A DNA stretch of 64,000 nt from an uncultured Spirochaetales bacterium (lineage in GTDB: Bacteria > Spirochaetota > Spirochaetia > JABMQR01). This document shows, piece by piece, positions 39,628 through 49,571 of the stretch; position 1 is the stretch's first letter, and every line of letters starts with the position of its first letter. The translations under genes and the position numbers were made by a program. Under the pieces are notes generated by a model that had not been told where the DNA came from, did no database searches, and saw only the letters and a list, made by a program, of their open reading frames with translations. Location of the stretch: NCBI GenBank assembly GCA_964567895.1, contig CAZMOX010000003.1, forward strand, positions 651 to 64,650. Reading direction: 5' to 3'.

Positions 39628-40061
39628 TTACAATAAAAAAATATGTTGAAGGATTATTCATGGAAGTTCCTGACAGTCAGGAAAAAGAGAGTATCATTCA
39701 AGAGATAGTTCTAAATCTGGAAGAAAAAGTTCAGGATTTAGTGGAGCAGGGAAAAACTGAAGAGGATGCAATCAATAAAAGTATTGTTGACTTTGGGGAT
39801 GCCGGCGAAATTAAAAGTGATTTGATGCCGACTATAAATGGATATCAAGTTAAGAAAAACAAAAAAATTAATTATACAAATAGTCTTTGGTTCTCCATTT
39901 GGGGGAGTGCCTTAATTATCAGCCTATTACTATTTATTAATTTTTATTACTCACCGAAGGTTATATGGTTTGTGTATCCTGTTTTTGCCTTGCTGTGGTG
40001 GCCGTTAGCTCTGTTTTTTAGACGGTTGAACAACAAAAAGAAGAATTATTATGAGAAATAA
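39624..40061 (+). CDS. Membrane protein with N-terminal 'permease-prefix'/HAAS-like domain
   Basis: Helical N-terminus (LEEKVQDL...EEDAINK.I.DFGD) plus 2 TM helices with WFVYPVFALLWWPL. Confidence 0.7.
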   Translation: MITIKKYVEGLFMEVPDSQEKESIIQEIVLNLEEKVQDLVEQGKTEEDAINKSIVDFGDAGEIKSDLMPTINGYQVKKNKKINYTNSLWFSIWGSALIISLLLFINFYYSPKVIWFVYPVFALLWWPLALFFRRLNNKKKNYYEK

Positions 40062-41172
40062 TTCATTTATATTTGGAGCGATTAGCTCTTTGTTAATTAT
40101 CGCATTTTTCTTCATAACAAACTATTTAACTTCCTGGAGTCATCCATGGTTTATCTACCCGACCTTTGCAGTTATCTGGTGGCCGTTAAGTCTATATTTT
40201 GCAGGTAATAAGAACTTCAAGGCGTTTTCTGTTGCGGGAAGCATACTCATATCAGTGTTCTTTATTCTGGTAAATGTAATAACCAGCCCTGGATATTTCT
40301 GGTGCATATACCCGATATTTGCAGTTTTGTGGTGGCCTCTGAGTATGATACTCCGCGGAGCAAAACAGTATAAATTCTATTCAATTATAATGAGTATACT
40401 TACGATTGGTTTCTTCTTAATTGTCAATCTGATATCTTCGTCAAATACTATATGGTTTTTTTATCCATCTTTTACAGTTATTCTTTGGCCGTTATCCATA
40501 TATTTTGCCAGAGAGAAGTATATAAAGCTGTATTCCGTAATTATGAGCCTGATATTTGCGGGATTTCTCATTATGATTAACTATATTTACGCACCAAATG
40601 ATATATGGTGGACATATACCGTATTTTATTTTATCTGGTGGCCAATTGTTATGCTGCTAGGTGATAAAGCGAAAACAACGGCCTTTGCCATGATATCTGC
40701 TTTGGTAATTATCGCTTATTATATTTCACAGTACATTATTCTGACGCCCGGTGAGCATCCCTGGTATCTATACATCATTTTGCCGGTCATGTGGTGGCCT
40801 GTTACCACATATTTTAAGCGTGTGCGGCATACCAGAATGTTTTTATCAGCCAGTATGTTTGTGTGTGTATTGTATTACAGTATATTGAATTACATATTGT
40901 GTCCCGGTTATCTGTGGGTTATATATCTATTCTATGCAGTATCCTGGGTAGTGATGGATATGTATTTTACCAGAAGAGAGAGGTGCTTTGCCTACTCGCT
41001 TTGGGCTTCTGGCGTAACAATTATATTTTTCGCTCTTGTCAATTATTTAAACACACCAAATCATATTTGGGCAGTGTATCCGTCATTTGCCATAGTTTGG
41101 TGGCCGCTGAGCTACTACTTTTTCAAAGTTAAAGGAAAAGAGATAGCAAGGGTCGGAGGAAAAGGGGGTTGA
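40051..41172 (+). CDS. Polytopic membrane protein built of 7 two-helix repeats
   Basis: The motif W-x-x-Y-P-x-F-x-V-x-W-W-P recurs 7 times, at about 52-aa spacing. Confidence 0.75.
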   Translation: MRNNSFIFGAISSLLIIAFFFITNYLTSWSHPWFIYPTFAVIWWPLSLYFAGNKNFKAFSVAGSILISVFFILVNVITSPGYFWCIYPIFAVLWWPLSMILRGAKQYKFYSIIMSILTIGFFLIVNLISSSNTIWFFYPSFTVILWPLSIYFAREKYIKLYSVIMSLIFAGFLIMINYIYAPNDIWWTYTVFYFIWWPIVMLLGDKAKTTAFAMISALVIIAYYISQYIILTPGEHPWYLYIILPVMWWPVTTYFKRVRHTRMFLSASMFVCVLYYSILNYILCPGYLWVIYLFYAVSWVVMDMYFTRRERCFAYSLWASGVTIIFFALVNYLNTPNHIWAVYPSFAIVWWPLSYYFFKVKGKEIARVGGKGG

Positions 41173-41452
41173 CCCCTTTTCTCACAAGAAGCTCTATGCC
41201 AAGAACGATTTTCAGGTTGATGTAAGTTTGTGGGTTTGAGTATTGAATAAGTTTTGTTGAGAAAAGAAATGTATGCTTGATCCTGGACTTTGTTTGAGCC
41301 GGATTAATTATACAAATAACTACATACTTAGTGGAAATCATGGTTTGGGAATAAAGTATCCGAACTTGTAAAGAAAACTGGCTTGCAGTGTACATCCAAT
41401 ACATAATAATCTATAATACTTATAGTTTAGAGTGCAGGTATAGGAGAAGAAC

Positions 41453-42781
41453 ATGAGTACGAAATTGAGAGCCGGGAGTTCATCACAGGATATATCACCA
41501 CAAAAAGGGGTTTCTCTTGCCGGATATCCGCATCACCCCCGTCCAAACAGGGGAGTGCATGATCCGCTTTATGCTTCCTGTTTGTATCTGTCTGACGGAC
41601 AGACCCAGTTGGCCATCGTAACCTTGGATATTATCGGTTTATCAAAAACATATGTACATATAATACGGGAACGAGTCTGCAGGGCTAACGGCATACCGGA
41701 AAAAAATATTATGATCAGCTGTTCTCATTCTCACTCGGCCCCTAGAGGTTCTCACAACATGACAATGGATGTCTTTGAAGCAGGAACTGCCCTGGATGAA
41801 GCATACGTTGCTAAGGTTATCGAAGCAGTTGTGGAGATAGTTGCTGAGGCTGCTGCCGGAGCAGTTCCGGCTGAACTGGGAATTGAAAAAGGCTTCTGCG
41901 GAAGGGAGCAGGGTGTTGGAGGAAACCGACGCGATTCCCTGGGACCTGCAGATCCGGAAGTATGGATGATAGGAGTAAAAGACCTACATAACAATTTGCT
42001 GGCAATGCTGGTAAAGTATACGCTTCATCCAACCTTTCTGCATTCCGATAATTTTCTGGTTTCAGCGGATTATCCAGGATTTATCCGAAAATACATCAAT
42101 GAAAAGTATCCGGAAACTACCTTCCTGTTTGCCCAGGGGACATCCGGAAATCAGAGTCCCAGATATTTCCGATCCGGCAAAACTTTTGCTGAAGCTGAAC
42201 GAGTAGGAACCGCTATTGGTATGGAAGCCGAACAGATCTTGAAACAGATGAGTTTTACCAGCGATATACCCCTGTTGGTTGAATCACAGGAAATCAATTT
42301 AGATCTAAGAAATTTTCCCAAAAAAGAGTTTGCTGAGGCCTGTGTTGAAGAAACCCGCAAAGCATGGCATATATTGCGCGATTCAGGAGCCCCGGAATCT
42401 GATGTATGGAATGCCGAATTACTGTTTCTGGGAGCGGAAGACACCCTGAGCATGCTTATGCTCTATGAAAAAGGGGAGCTTTCTGCATTGAATGAGAACT
42501 CTCCCATGGAAGTCCAGGTACTTTGCATAGGAGATACGAGAATTGTCGGATTACCGGGTGAGATATTTGTAGAGTACGGAATAACTATCCAATATCGGTC
42601 ACCTTTTCCAAAAACCTTTGTAATTGAATTGGCTAATGGATCCCTCCCGGGATATGCTGCTACTGAGCAGGCATATGCTGTAGGGGGATATGAAACCGGA
42701 GCTTCAATGCTTACCGGCAAGAGTGGGCTTCAGCTTGTTGAGACAGCAGTAGATCTGCTCTTTGAAACCAAGCAGGATTAG
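41453..42781 (+). CDS. Neutral/alkaline ceramidase-superfamily hydrolase
   Basis: VHDPLYA, ISCSHSHSAP, LHP, SADYPG, QGTSGNQSP, PGEIF.EYG and GGYE. Confidence 0.75.
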   Translation: MSTKLRAGSSSQDISPQKGVSLAGYPHHPRPNRGVHDPLYASCLYLSDGQTQLAIVTLDIIGLSKTYVHIIRERVCRANGIPEKNIMISCSHSHSAPRGSHNMTMDVFEAGTALDEAYVAKVIEAVVEIVAEAAAGAVPAELGIEKGFCGREQGVGGNRRDSLGPADPEVWMIGVKDLHNNLLAMLVKYTLHPTFLHSDNFLVSADYPGFIRKYINEKYPETTFLFAQGTSGNQSPRYFRSGKTFAEAERVGTAIGMEAEQILKQMSFTSDIPLLVESQEINLDLRNFPKKEFAEACVEETRKAWHILRDSGAPESDVWNAELLFLGAEDTLSMLMLYEKGELSALNENSPMEVQVLCIGDTRIVGLPGEIFVEYGITIQYRSPFPKTFVIELANGSLPGYAATEQAYAVGGYETGASMLTGKSGLQLVETAVDLLFETKQD

Positions 42782-42859
42782 TAGTTCTACATCGGTATCA
42801 ATGGTAATGATAGTTCTTATGAAAGCATCCATACCCGGGGCTTTACAACTGCACTTTGA

Positions 42860-43322
42860 TTTTTCCTACTGACACTATTTTTGATCCGACAGCATCGGCA
42901 GCGGTACTTGAATTTCAGGAGCGTGCAGCCGGAAAAGGGATTTTCCCCAATAATATCTCTTTTTTCAGCATAGTGCAGGACTTTGTCGCTTATCAGATGG
43001 GTGGTGATTCAATTCCTGATAACCCGGTTGTTCAGGAAATGGTTATGCAATTCACAATATTTCACTTTTCCGCTATGAACGTCGCAGAATACAGGCTACA
43101 GGATCAGCTTATGGCCAGCTGGCTACCAATGCCATGCGGTATGTGGCGACTCCGATTCTGGCTAATGCAATGGGGCTGGCTATTGGATTTTCAGCTATGA
43201 ACCTCAGCCCCTTCCGGATTCATGTAACGTTGAGCCTTCTTATGTGGGTTACTATGCTGTTAAGTGCCTTCCGTAGCCTGAGTCTCCTCCCAACATTGCT
43301 TGGGATAAAGAAGGAGCTTTGA
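42860..43322 (+). pseudogene. MMPL/RND-family transporter remnants
   Basis: A loop fragment is joined out of frame near 43050 to IHNISLFRYE...PILANAMGLAIGFSAM..SP...LSLLPTLL, which are terminal MMPL helices. Confidence 0.55.
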
Positions 43323-43340
43323 AAAAGTCATTAAATCAAT

Positions 43341-44330
43341 CTAAAATACAACTCTATATTTTTGTTTACTACTGTTCGGTTTGTCCGGCAGTGTCATCTC
43401 AACTATTCCAAGCTCCAGCGCTGGTAATAAATAGTTATTCCTGAATGTCGGTCTATGTTTCAGTCCGACCCTTGCCATGAGTTCTTTCGTTGTCAATTCT
43501 TCACTGCCCAACACTACCAACAATTTTTCGACTTGTTCGCTTCCTTGTTCGGTACCTTGTTCGGTACCAGCTGTTTCAGTTAATATATCGTACATTGCCT
43601 GCAATATGAACTCAATGAATTTCCCTGAATCAGCAGCTCTGTCACACTCTCCCAGTGCTTTATAGTACTCATCCTGTCGTTCCTGGATTAGTGTTTCTAT
43701 CGGCAACCATCCAAACAAAGGCTTCCATTGATATAAAAGTAATGTCTGCCACATACGCCCCATTCTACCGTTTCCATCTGCAAAGGGGTGAATGAATTCA
43801 AATTCGTAGTGAAATACGCTACTTTTAACTAATGGATGCACCTCTGCTCTCTTTACCCAATCCATTAGTTCTCCCATAAGTATGGGAACACGCTCTGCCG
43901 GCGGCGCCATATGAACCAGTTCTTTACCGGTATAGATTCCTACACCGGCGCTTCTGAATATACCGGCATCTTTGGTTAACTCTTTCATCAGAACCTTATG
44001 TGTCGACAGCATGTCATCCTGTAAAAACGGATTTAACAGGAGTAGTTTTTCATATGCTTCAAAAGCATTTTTCACCTCGCAGATTTCGGCAGGCGCACCC
44101 AGTATCCTTTTTCCATTGATAATGTTGGTAACTTGATTTAACGATAATGAATTGTTTTCAATTGCAAGTGACGCATGAATGGTTTTGACACGGTTATCTC
44201 TTCTGAGTCTGGGGTTAGAATTCATGTTGTCATTTATGGTAATTTCCGTAATTATTTCTGTTATTCCGGAAATCAGATTTACCGTTTTGTCTGAAATTGT
44301 ATAAGGTGGTACATAGCCGTTTCTGCTCAT
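43341..44330 (-). CDS. Fic-domain protein (class II, N-terminal inhibitory motif) with C-terminal HTH
   Basis: HPFADGNGRMGR, inhibitory SLAIEN and terminal PDKPNSSKQKY. Confidence 0.9.
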   Translation of the reverse strand: MSRNGYVPPYTISDKTVNLISGITEIITEITINDNMNSNPRLRRDNRVKTIHASLAIENNSLSLNQVTNIINGKRILGAPAEICEVKNAFEAYEKLLLLNPFLQDDMLSTHKVLMKELTKDAGIFRSAGVGIYTGKELVHMAPPAERVPILMGELMDWVKRAEVHPLVKSSVFHYEFEFIHPFADGNGRMGRMWQTLLLYQWKPLFGWLPIETLIQERQDEYYKALGECDRAADSGKFIEFILQAMYDILTETAGTEQGTEQGSEQVEKLLVVLGSEELTTKELMARVGLKHRPTFRNNYLLPALELGIVEMTLPDKPNSSKQKYRVVF

Positions 44331-44502
44331 ATTACGCCCCGATAAAATAGATAATGTCTTGTACTTTATTATACCGTACAAGTTGAATTGTTTAAAGGAT
44401 CATTCGTAATTCAGTGCTTCAATTTTCGATTTCTTGAAATAATCTCAATAATTTGAATAAAAAGACTCGATTCCCCGGTTATAGAAGTAAGGGGAAGTTG
44501 TT

Positions 44503-45381
44503 GTGAACTATGTTGATATAGACAGTGCTGAATATCCGTACCTGCTGAAACAGATAAAGGATCCGCCGGTTAAGCTCTATTTCAAGGGCAATTGGGATAT
44601 GGATGTTTTTGAGGAAATGTTGAGTGTGGTTGGTTCCCGGAAGATGACAGGATACGGTGAAATGATTACCGAAAGTCTTGTTTCTGAAATAGCGGGGAAT
44701 GGAATTACTATTGTGTCTGGTTTTATGTACGGGATTGATGCGCAGGCTCATAAGGCGGCTCTGATGGTGGGAGGGCGGACTGTTGCCGTTATGCCCTGCG
44801 GTATTGAGAGAATTCATCCTGAATATCAGGCTGAATTATACTGCGGAATAGTGAATAATGGGGGGCTTGCGATTTCGGAGTATCCCGGAGATACTCCGCC
44901 GGTCAAGTGGACGTATCCCCGGCGTAATAGAATTATTGCCGGGTTGTCACCGGTGCTGCTTGTAGTTGAGGCGGGCATGAAGAGTGGGGCCTTGATTACG
45001 GCCGATATTGCAAGGCGTTATAACAAAAAAATATTTGCAGTTCCTGGACCTCTTACAAGCAGTGTATCAAGGGGTACTGCCTTGTTGATTAAGCAGGGAG
45101 CTTCCCTGGTAACAGGACCACAGGATCTACTTCTTGAATACGGCCGAACGAAAACAGGGAGATTTTTTCCAGGAAAAGATCTGCAGGAATTACACGCAGG
45201 ACAAAAGAAAATAATTGATTTACTCTCTCTTGGACCCCTGGAAATTGATGAGATAGCCAGATTATCGGGAAAACCTGTCCCGGAGATTGGGGCGGATATC
45301 ACGGCTCTTTCTTTAAAAAGATATCTTGTGCCTAAGGACGGTAAATACTATCTGTCACAAGGAGGATGTAATGTTGATTAA
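44503..45381 (+). CDS. dprA: DNA-processing protein DprA
   Basis: VVGSR, IVSGFMYGIDA.AH, YPRRNRIIAGLS, VVEAG.KSGALITA and FAVPG. Confidence 0.92.
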   Translation: MNYVDIDSAEYPYLLKQIKDPPVKLYFKGNWDMDVFEEMLSVVGSRKMTGYGEMITESLVSEIAGNGITIVSGFMYGIDAQAHKAALMVGGRTVAVMPCGIERIHPEYQAELYCGIVNNGGLAISEYPGDTPPVKWTYPRRNRIIAGLSPVLLVVEAGMKSGALITADIARRYNKKIFAVPGPLTSSVSRGTALLIKQGASLVTGPQDLLLEYGRTKTGRFFPGKDLQELHAGQKKIIDLLSLGPLEIDEIARLSGKPVPEIGADITALSLKRYLVPKDGKYYLSQGGCNVD

Positions 45382-46921
45382 GGTTACATCGGTATCATTC
45401 TCTGGATTGGCTTCAATCAGAATAGATGTGGAAGTGAACATTGCGAACAGGGGACTGCCGACATTTGAAATAGTAGGGTTGCCGAATAAAGCCGTCGCTG
45501 AAAGCAAGGAGAGGGTTCGCACGGCAATAATAAATTCGGGAATTTCTTTTCCTCTTCGAAGGATCACCGTAAATCTTGCTCCTGGTGACGTTCCTAAACA
45601 GGGGGCTTTTTACGATCTTCCTATTGCCGTGGGAATTCTGGCGGGAATAAAAGGGTTCCATATACCTGAAGATGCGGTGTTTTTTGGAGAGCTTTCTCTT
45701 GACGGGTCTCTTCGTCATACCAAAGGGGCTTTGTTGGCAGCTCTGTTTACGAAGGATAATAGACTGAAGAGCATTTTTGTGCCTGCCCAATCGGCAAATG
45801 AGGCTTCGGTGGTAAAGGCTATAGCGGTGTATCCTGTCGTGGATCTGAATCAGATAATGGGATATATGAATTCCGAGATTAAAATTGAGCCAAGGGTGTA
45901 CAAACCAGAGGCGTTGGAACAGAAGGAGCAGGAGGTCGCTGAATTTGATATGTCAGAAATCTTTGGGCAGGAACAGGCAAAAAGGGTCTTGGAAATTGCT
46001 GCCGCAGGTGGACACAATGTGCTGATGACCGGGTCTCCCGGTTCCGGGAAAACCATGCTCGCTAAGGCGCTTCCCGGAATTATGCCCCAGTTGAACGAAG
46101 AGGAGTCGCTGGAAGTTACAAAGATTTATTCAAGCGCCGGGAACATACCTCCCGGCGGGTCGCTCATAGTGACAAGACCCTTCAGATCACCTCACCATAT
46201 TATTTCCCGGGCAGGCCTTGTCGGAGGGGGAGTCCATCCGCAGCCCGGCGAAATAAGTTTTGCCCACAGAGGAGTCCTTTTTCTTGATGAATTTAATGAA
46301 TTTTCCTGTGCTGTTATAGAGGCATTGAGGCAGCCGCTTGAAGACGGAAAGCTGACAATTGCCAGAAGTCTGGAGCGGGTCACCTATCCTTCCCGGTTTA
46401 TACTTATAGCGGCGACCAATCCATGTCCCTGCGGATACCTGAATGATGATACCAAGGAGTGTACCTGCACAAAAAGGGAAATTATTCGGTACAGAAAGAA
46501 ATTGTCGGGACCGATTCTTGATCGGATAGACCTTTCCGTTGAGGTTCCCGTTGTTGATATTAAAAAGCTTGCCGGAGGAATGCATTATACTGATAAAAAG
46601 GGGACTTCTAAAAATGAAATTTCCCTGGAAATACGGAAGAGGGTTTCAGTTGCCAGAAATATTCAACAGAGGCGCTTTATAAGAGAGTCAATTTATACTA
46701 ACTCCGAAATGAAAAACAGACTGATAAAAAAGTATGTAATTCTGGATCAGGATTCACACTCCCTGCTGTTAGAAGCTGCCGAAGTTTTCCGACTCTCCGC
46801 CCGGTCATATCTGAAGATAATGAAACTGTCCAGAACCATAGCGGATCTGGAACAGTCAGATGAGGTGCAGGAAAAGCATATTGCCGAGGCTCTGCAGTAC
46901 AGGCCAGGGTGGGGTCGATGA
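45371..46921 (+). CDS. YifB/ComM Mg-chelatase-like AAA+ ATPase
   Basis: ITVNLAP, YDLPIA, GELSLDG, GSPGSGKT, RPFRSPHH, AHRGVLFLDE, NPCPCG and LDRID. Confidence 0.92.
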   Translation: MLIKVTSVSFSGLASIRIDVEVNIANRGLPTFEIVGLPNKAVAESKERVRTAIINSGISFPLRRITVNLAPGDVPKQGAFYDLPIAVGILAGIKGFHIPEDAVFFGELSLDGSLRHTKGALLAALFTKDNRLKSIFVPAQSANEASVVKAIAVYPVVDLNQIMGYMNSEIKIEPRVYKPEALEQKEQEVAEFDMSEIFGQEQAKRVLEIAAAGGHNVLMTGSPGSGKTMLAKALPGIMPQLNEEESLEVTKIYSSAGNIPPGGSLIVTRPFRSPHHIISRAGLVGGGVHPQPGEISFAHRGVLFLDEFNEFSCAVIEALRQPLEDGKLTIARSLERVTYPSRFILIAATNPCPCGYLNDDTKECTCTKREIIRYRKKLSGPILDRIDLSVEVPVVDIKKLAGGMHYTDKKGTSKNEISLEIRKRVSVARNIQQRRFIRESIYTNSEMKNRLIKKYVILDQDSHSLLLEAAEVFRLSARSYLKIMKLSRTIADLEQSDEVQEKHIAEALQYRPGWGR

Positions 46922-47307
46922 ATGGGCAGGAACAGGCGGATTTCTTTACGAAGAGAGTTGAGTTAGGGAGGAAAGGTGAAGAAATTGCCGCGGCCTTTTT
47001 AGAGGATGCAGGTTATAACATACTGAAACGGAATTACAGAATCGGTCATTCCGATATTGATGTGTTAGCACAAAACAGAGAAACGCTCGTTTTTGTTGAG
47101 GTTCGAACAAAATCCAAAGGAGATAATGGGATGCCGGAAGATTCCCTGACGGCAAAGAAACTGAAACGAATGAGACATACTGCGGAACTCTATATAGCCT
47201 TTCATAACTATAAAGGGCCTGCAAGGCTGGATGCAGTCTGCATTATTCTGAATGATTCGGATCGGGTGACACACCTTGAGCACTACACTGGGGTTCTTTC
47301 AAAATGA
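46918..47307 (+). CDS. yraN: YraN-family (UPF0102) endonuclease-like protein
   Basis: G..GE..A..FL, RNYR, DID, LVFVEVRT and RLD; ATGA overlap with yifB. Confidence 0.88.
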   Translation: MNGQEQADFFTKRVELGRKGEEIAAAFLEDAGYNILKRNYRIGHSDIDVLAQNRETLVFVEVRTKSKGDNGMPEDSLTAKKLKRMRHTAELYIAFHNYKGPARLDAVCIILNDSDRVTHLEHYTGVLSK

Positions 47308-47412
47308 GTTCGGTACCAGGACCGATTTAGATTATTTTTCCAAAAGTCTCCATTCCCGGTAATTGATGCTTTTAGTGTAAAGGTGTAAGCTTTGGGTTTG
47401 GAGGAAACCAAC

Positions 47413-47526
47413 ATGTCAAAATCACAAGATGCCAAAAAAACTAACAAAAAAACACCCCTTAAAACACCAAAAGAGAAGAAGCAAGAGAAGCAGGAAAAAA
47501 AGAAAAACAGAAAAATGGAAAAATAG
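47413..47526 (+). CDS. 37-aa lysine-rich small protein
   Basis: GGAGG SD, then MSKSQDAKKTNKKTPLKTPKEKKQEKQEKKKNRKMEK; below the ORF-track cutoff. Confidence 0.6.
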   Translation: MSKSQDAKKTNKKTPLKTPKEKKQEKQEKKKNRKMEK

Positions 47527-47665
47527 AAAATAAACTTGCCTTTAGAGAGCTTTTTTGTTGATAAATCCCGGTACATTCTGTGCCGGGGACGAAGTCATTG
47601 TTCTTTGTGGAATGCATAGTCTGGAAAATTGCCAATGATTGGTGATTTGCAGTAAAAGTGTTTTA

Positions 47666-47680
47666 GGGGGTCTGACCCCC
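47666..47680. repeat. REP-like palindrome
   Basis: GGGGGTCTGACCCCC; an inverted near-copy lies at 57161-57172. Confidence 0.5.
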
Positions 47681-47777
47681 AATCTTTCTCTTTCCTTTCT
47701 CCCCATCCAACTGCTACAATGGTTTTAAATAGAGAGTTGCAGACTAGGTAGTGCCTTTGCAGGAGTAAAAACGCGGT

Positions 47778-49571
47778 ATGGGGAAAAACACCAGACAGAA
47801 AAAACGCACATCAATATCTATGAGACGACGCTTGTTTCTCATCATGCTGGCTCTCTCCATCATCCCAACACTCATAATCACCACAATAGCCACCTTAAAC
47901 ACCTATAACCGCATATATGACGATACCATACAGTTCAACTCACAGGGGGTGAACTGGTCTCGTGAACAGCTTCGGCAATTCACCGATGAGATGAAAAACC
48001 TCTTCTATTCAATGGAGTTTGATCCGGATTATAAGCAGGCAATCATCAGGGTGTATAACGATAGCGAAGCTCCAGATGACAGAACTGTTATACGAAATAT
48101 GCTTGTGACGCATTTGAACCGGCAAAGTTTTCTCAGTTCTCTGGATCTCCATATCCAGGGGGCAGGATTAGCAGTGAAGGCCGAAAGGGCAGGAGTGCGG
48201 ATTAAACCGGCGAGCGGCCAAAATACGCTTCCTTTCCCGCGGGACCAGATTTTACAGACAAATATATTTTTCAAGATCAATATAGACGGACTTTCAGCAA
48301 TCCATAATATCTATCGGTTTGAGGATAGGGCGCTGCTGGCACAGCAGAGTGCAGGAATCAAAACGTATACCCTGAACAACATCGTCCAAAAACTGCAGAT
48401 TTTCACCGATGAAGAAATCTATATTCTGAATGATGAATCCGAAATTCTTTTTTCTCTGCAGGAGAGGGACGGAGGCGTAGATAATCTCACCGGAGATTTA
48501 CAACTGCTGTCAGCTGAGGTTAGTGCGGCTCAGGTCGATAAAGTGAAATATGCCGATCTGGATGGCAGGATATTTTTTTCAACCTATGACCCCCAGGAAA
48601 AGCTGAGCATCGTTAAAATAGTCAATCGTCAGGAAATTGTCCGCTCCGTACTACCCACAATCTATTCGGGAATCATCATCGGAATCCTGAGTATTCTGGG
48701 AGCCATAGCATTATCGGCAATATTGTCACGGGTTATAAGCCGCCCGGTAGAGCGCCTGGCAAACCGGGTAAAAAATATCAAGATGCAGACGCTGGTTTTA
48801 GAAGAGGATGATGAGACAGCCGATGAAGTGAGTGTTCTTGAGCACCATATTTCCCGATTTGTGGAACGTATCCGTGAACTGATCAGAGACGAGTATGATA
48901 TCAAGCTTCAGGCAAGAACAGCTCAGGTACATGCCCTGCAGGCACAGATAAATCCGCATTTTCTCCATAATACCCTTCAGTTGATCGGCAGTATCTCTCT
49001 GGCGGAGAATGTTCCCGAGGTCTACACCGTATCTTCGGCCCTCAGCAGCCTGATGCGCTACTCAATGGATTTCGAGTACGCATTTGTGACATTGGAAGAG
49101 GAACTGAATCATCTGGATAACTTTTTTCTCATCCAAAAGCAGCGTTTTATGGATCGATTCTCTGTTGCCATGCACATTGATAAAGATGTTAAAACCTGTC
49201 TTATTCCGAAACTGCTCGTTCAGCCGATAGTGGAGAACGCATTCACTCACGGATTTTCTAAAAAAAGCGGCTTGTGGAAATTGGCAATTACTGCATTCGA
49301 GGATGAGGATTACAGGGTTTGGGTCATTATCAGGGATAACGGGGTAGGGATGGAACCTGAAAAAGTTGAGATGCTGAACAAACTTATGGCCGACCGATAT
49401 GCCGAGGGTATGGCGGCTGAGGAAGAGCAGAGTGCAGAACATATTGGATTGATCAATGTAAATGACCGTATAAAATTATCATACTCCACAGATGACGGGG
49501 TCTCCCTGCGCAGTGAACTGGGAGAATGGACAGAGGTGACTCTGGTATTCGATACCCGGAGGGAACCGTGA
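47778..49571 (+). CDS. YesM/LytS-type sensor histidine kinase
   Basis: 2 TM helices, HAMP, LQAQINPHFLHNTL, QPIVENA..HG, DNGVG and HIGL.NV. Confidence 0.92.
   Translation: MGKNTRQKKRTSISMRRRLFLIMLALSIIPTLIITTIATLNTYNRIYDDTIQFNSQGVNWSREQLRQFTDEMKNLFYSMEFDPDYKQAIIRVYNDSEAPDDRTVIRNMLVTHLNRQSFLSSLDLHIQGAGLAVKAERAGVRIKPASGQNTLPFPRDQILQTNIFFKINIDGLSAIHNIYRFEDRALLAQQSAGIKTYTLNNIVQKLQIFTDEEIYILNDESEILFSLQERDGGVDNLTGDLQLLSAEVSAAQVDKVKYADLDGRIFFSTYDPQEKLSIVKIVNRQEIVRSVLPTIYSGIIIGILSILGAIALSAILSRVISRPVERLANRVKNIKMQTLVLEEDDETADEVSVLEHHISRFVERIRELIRDEYDIKLQARTAQVHALQAQINPHFLHNTLQLIGSISLAENVPEVYTVSSALSSLMRYSMDFEYAFVTLEEELNHLDNFFLIQKQRFMDRFSVAMHIDKDVKTCLIPKLLVQPIVENAFTHGFSKKSGLWKLAITAFEDEDYRVWVIIRDNGVGMEPEKVEMLNKLMADRYAEGMAAEEEQSAEHIGLINVNDRIKLSYSTDDGVSLRSELGEWTEVTLVFDTRREP

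Noticed and set aside
47283-47576. Minus-strand 97-aa hydrophobic ORF
   Set aside because: It is the antisense shadow of the Lys-rich plus-strand small ORF, which has the SD sequence.
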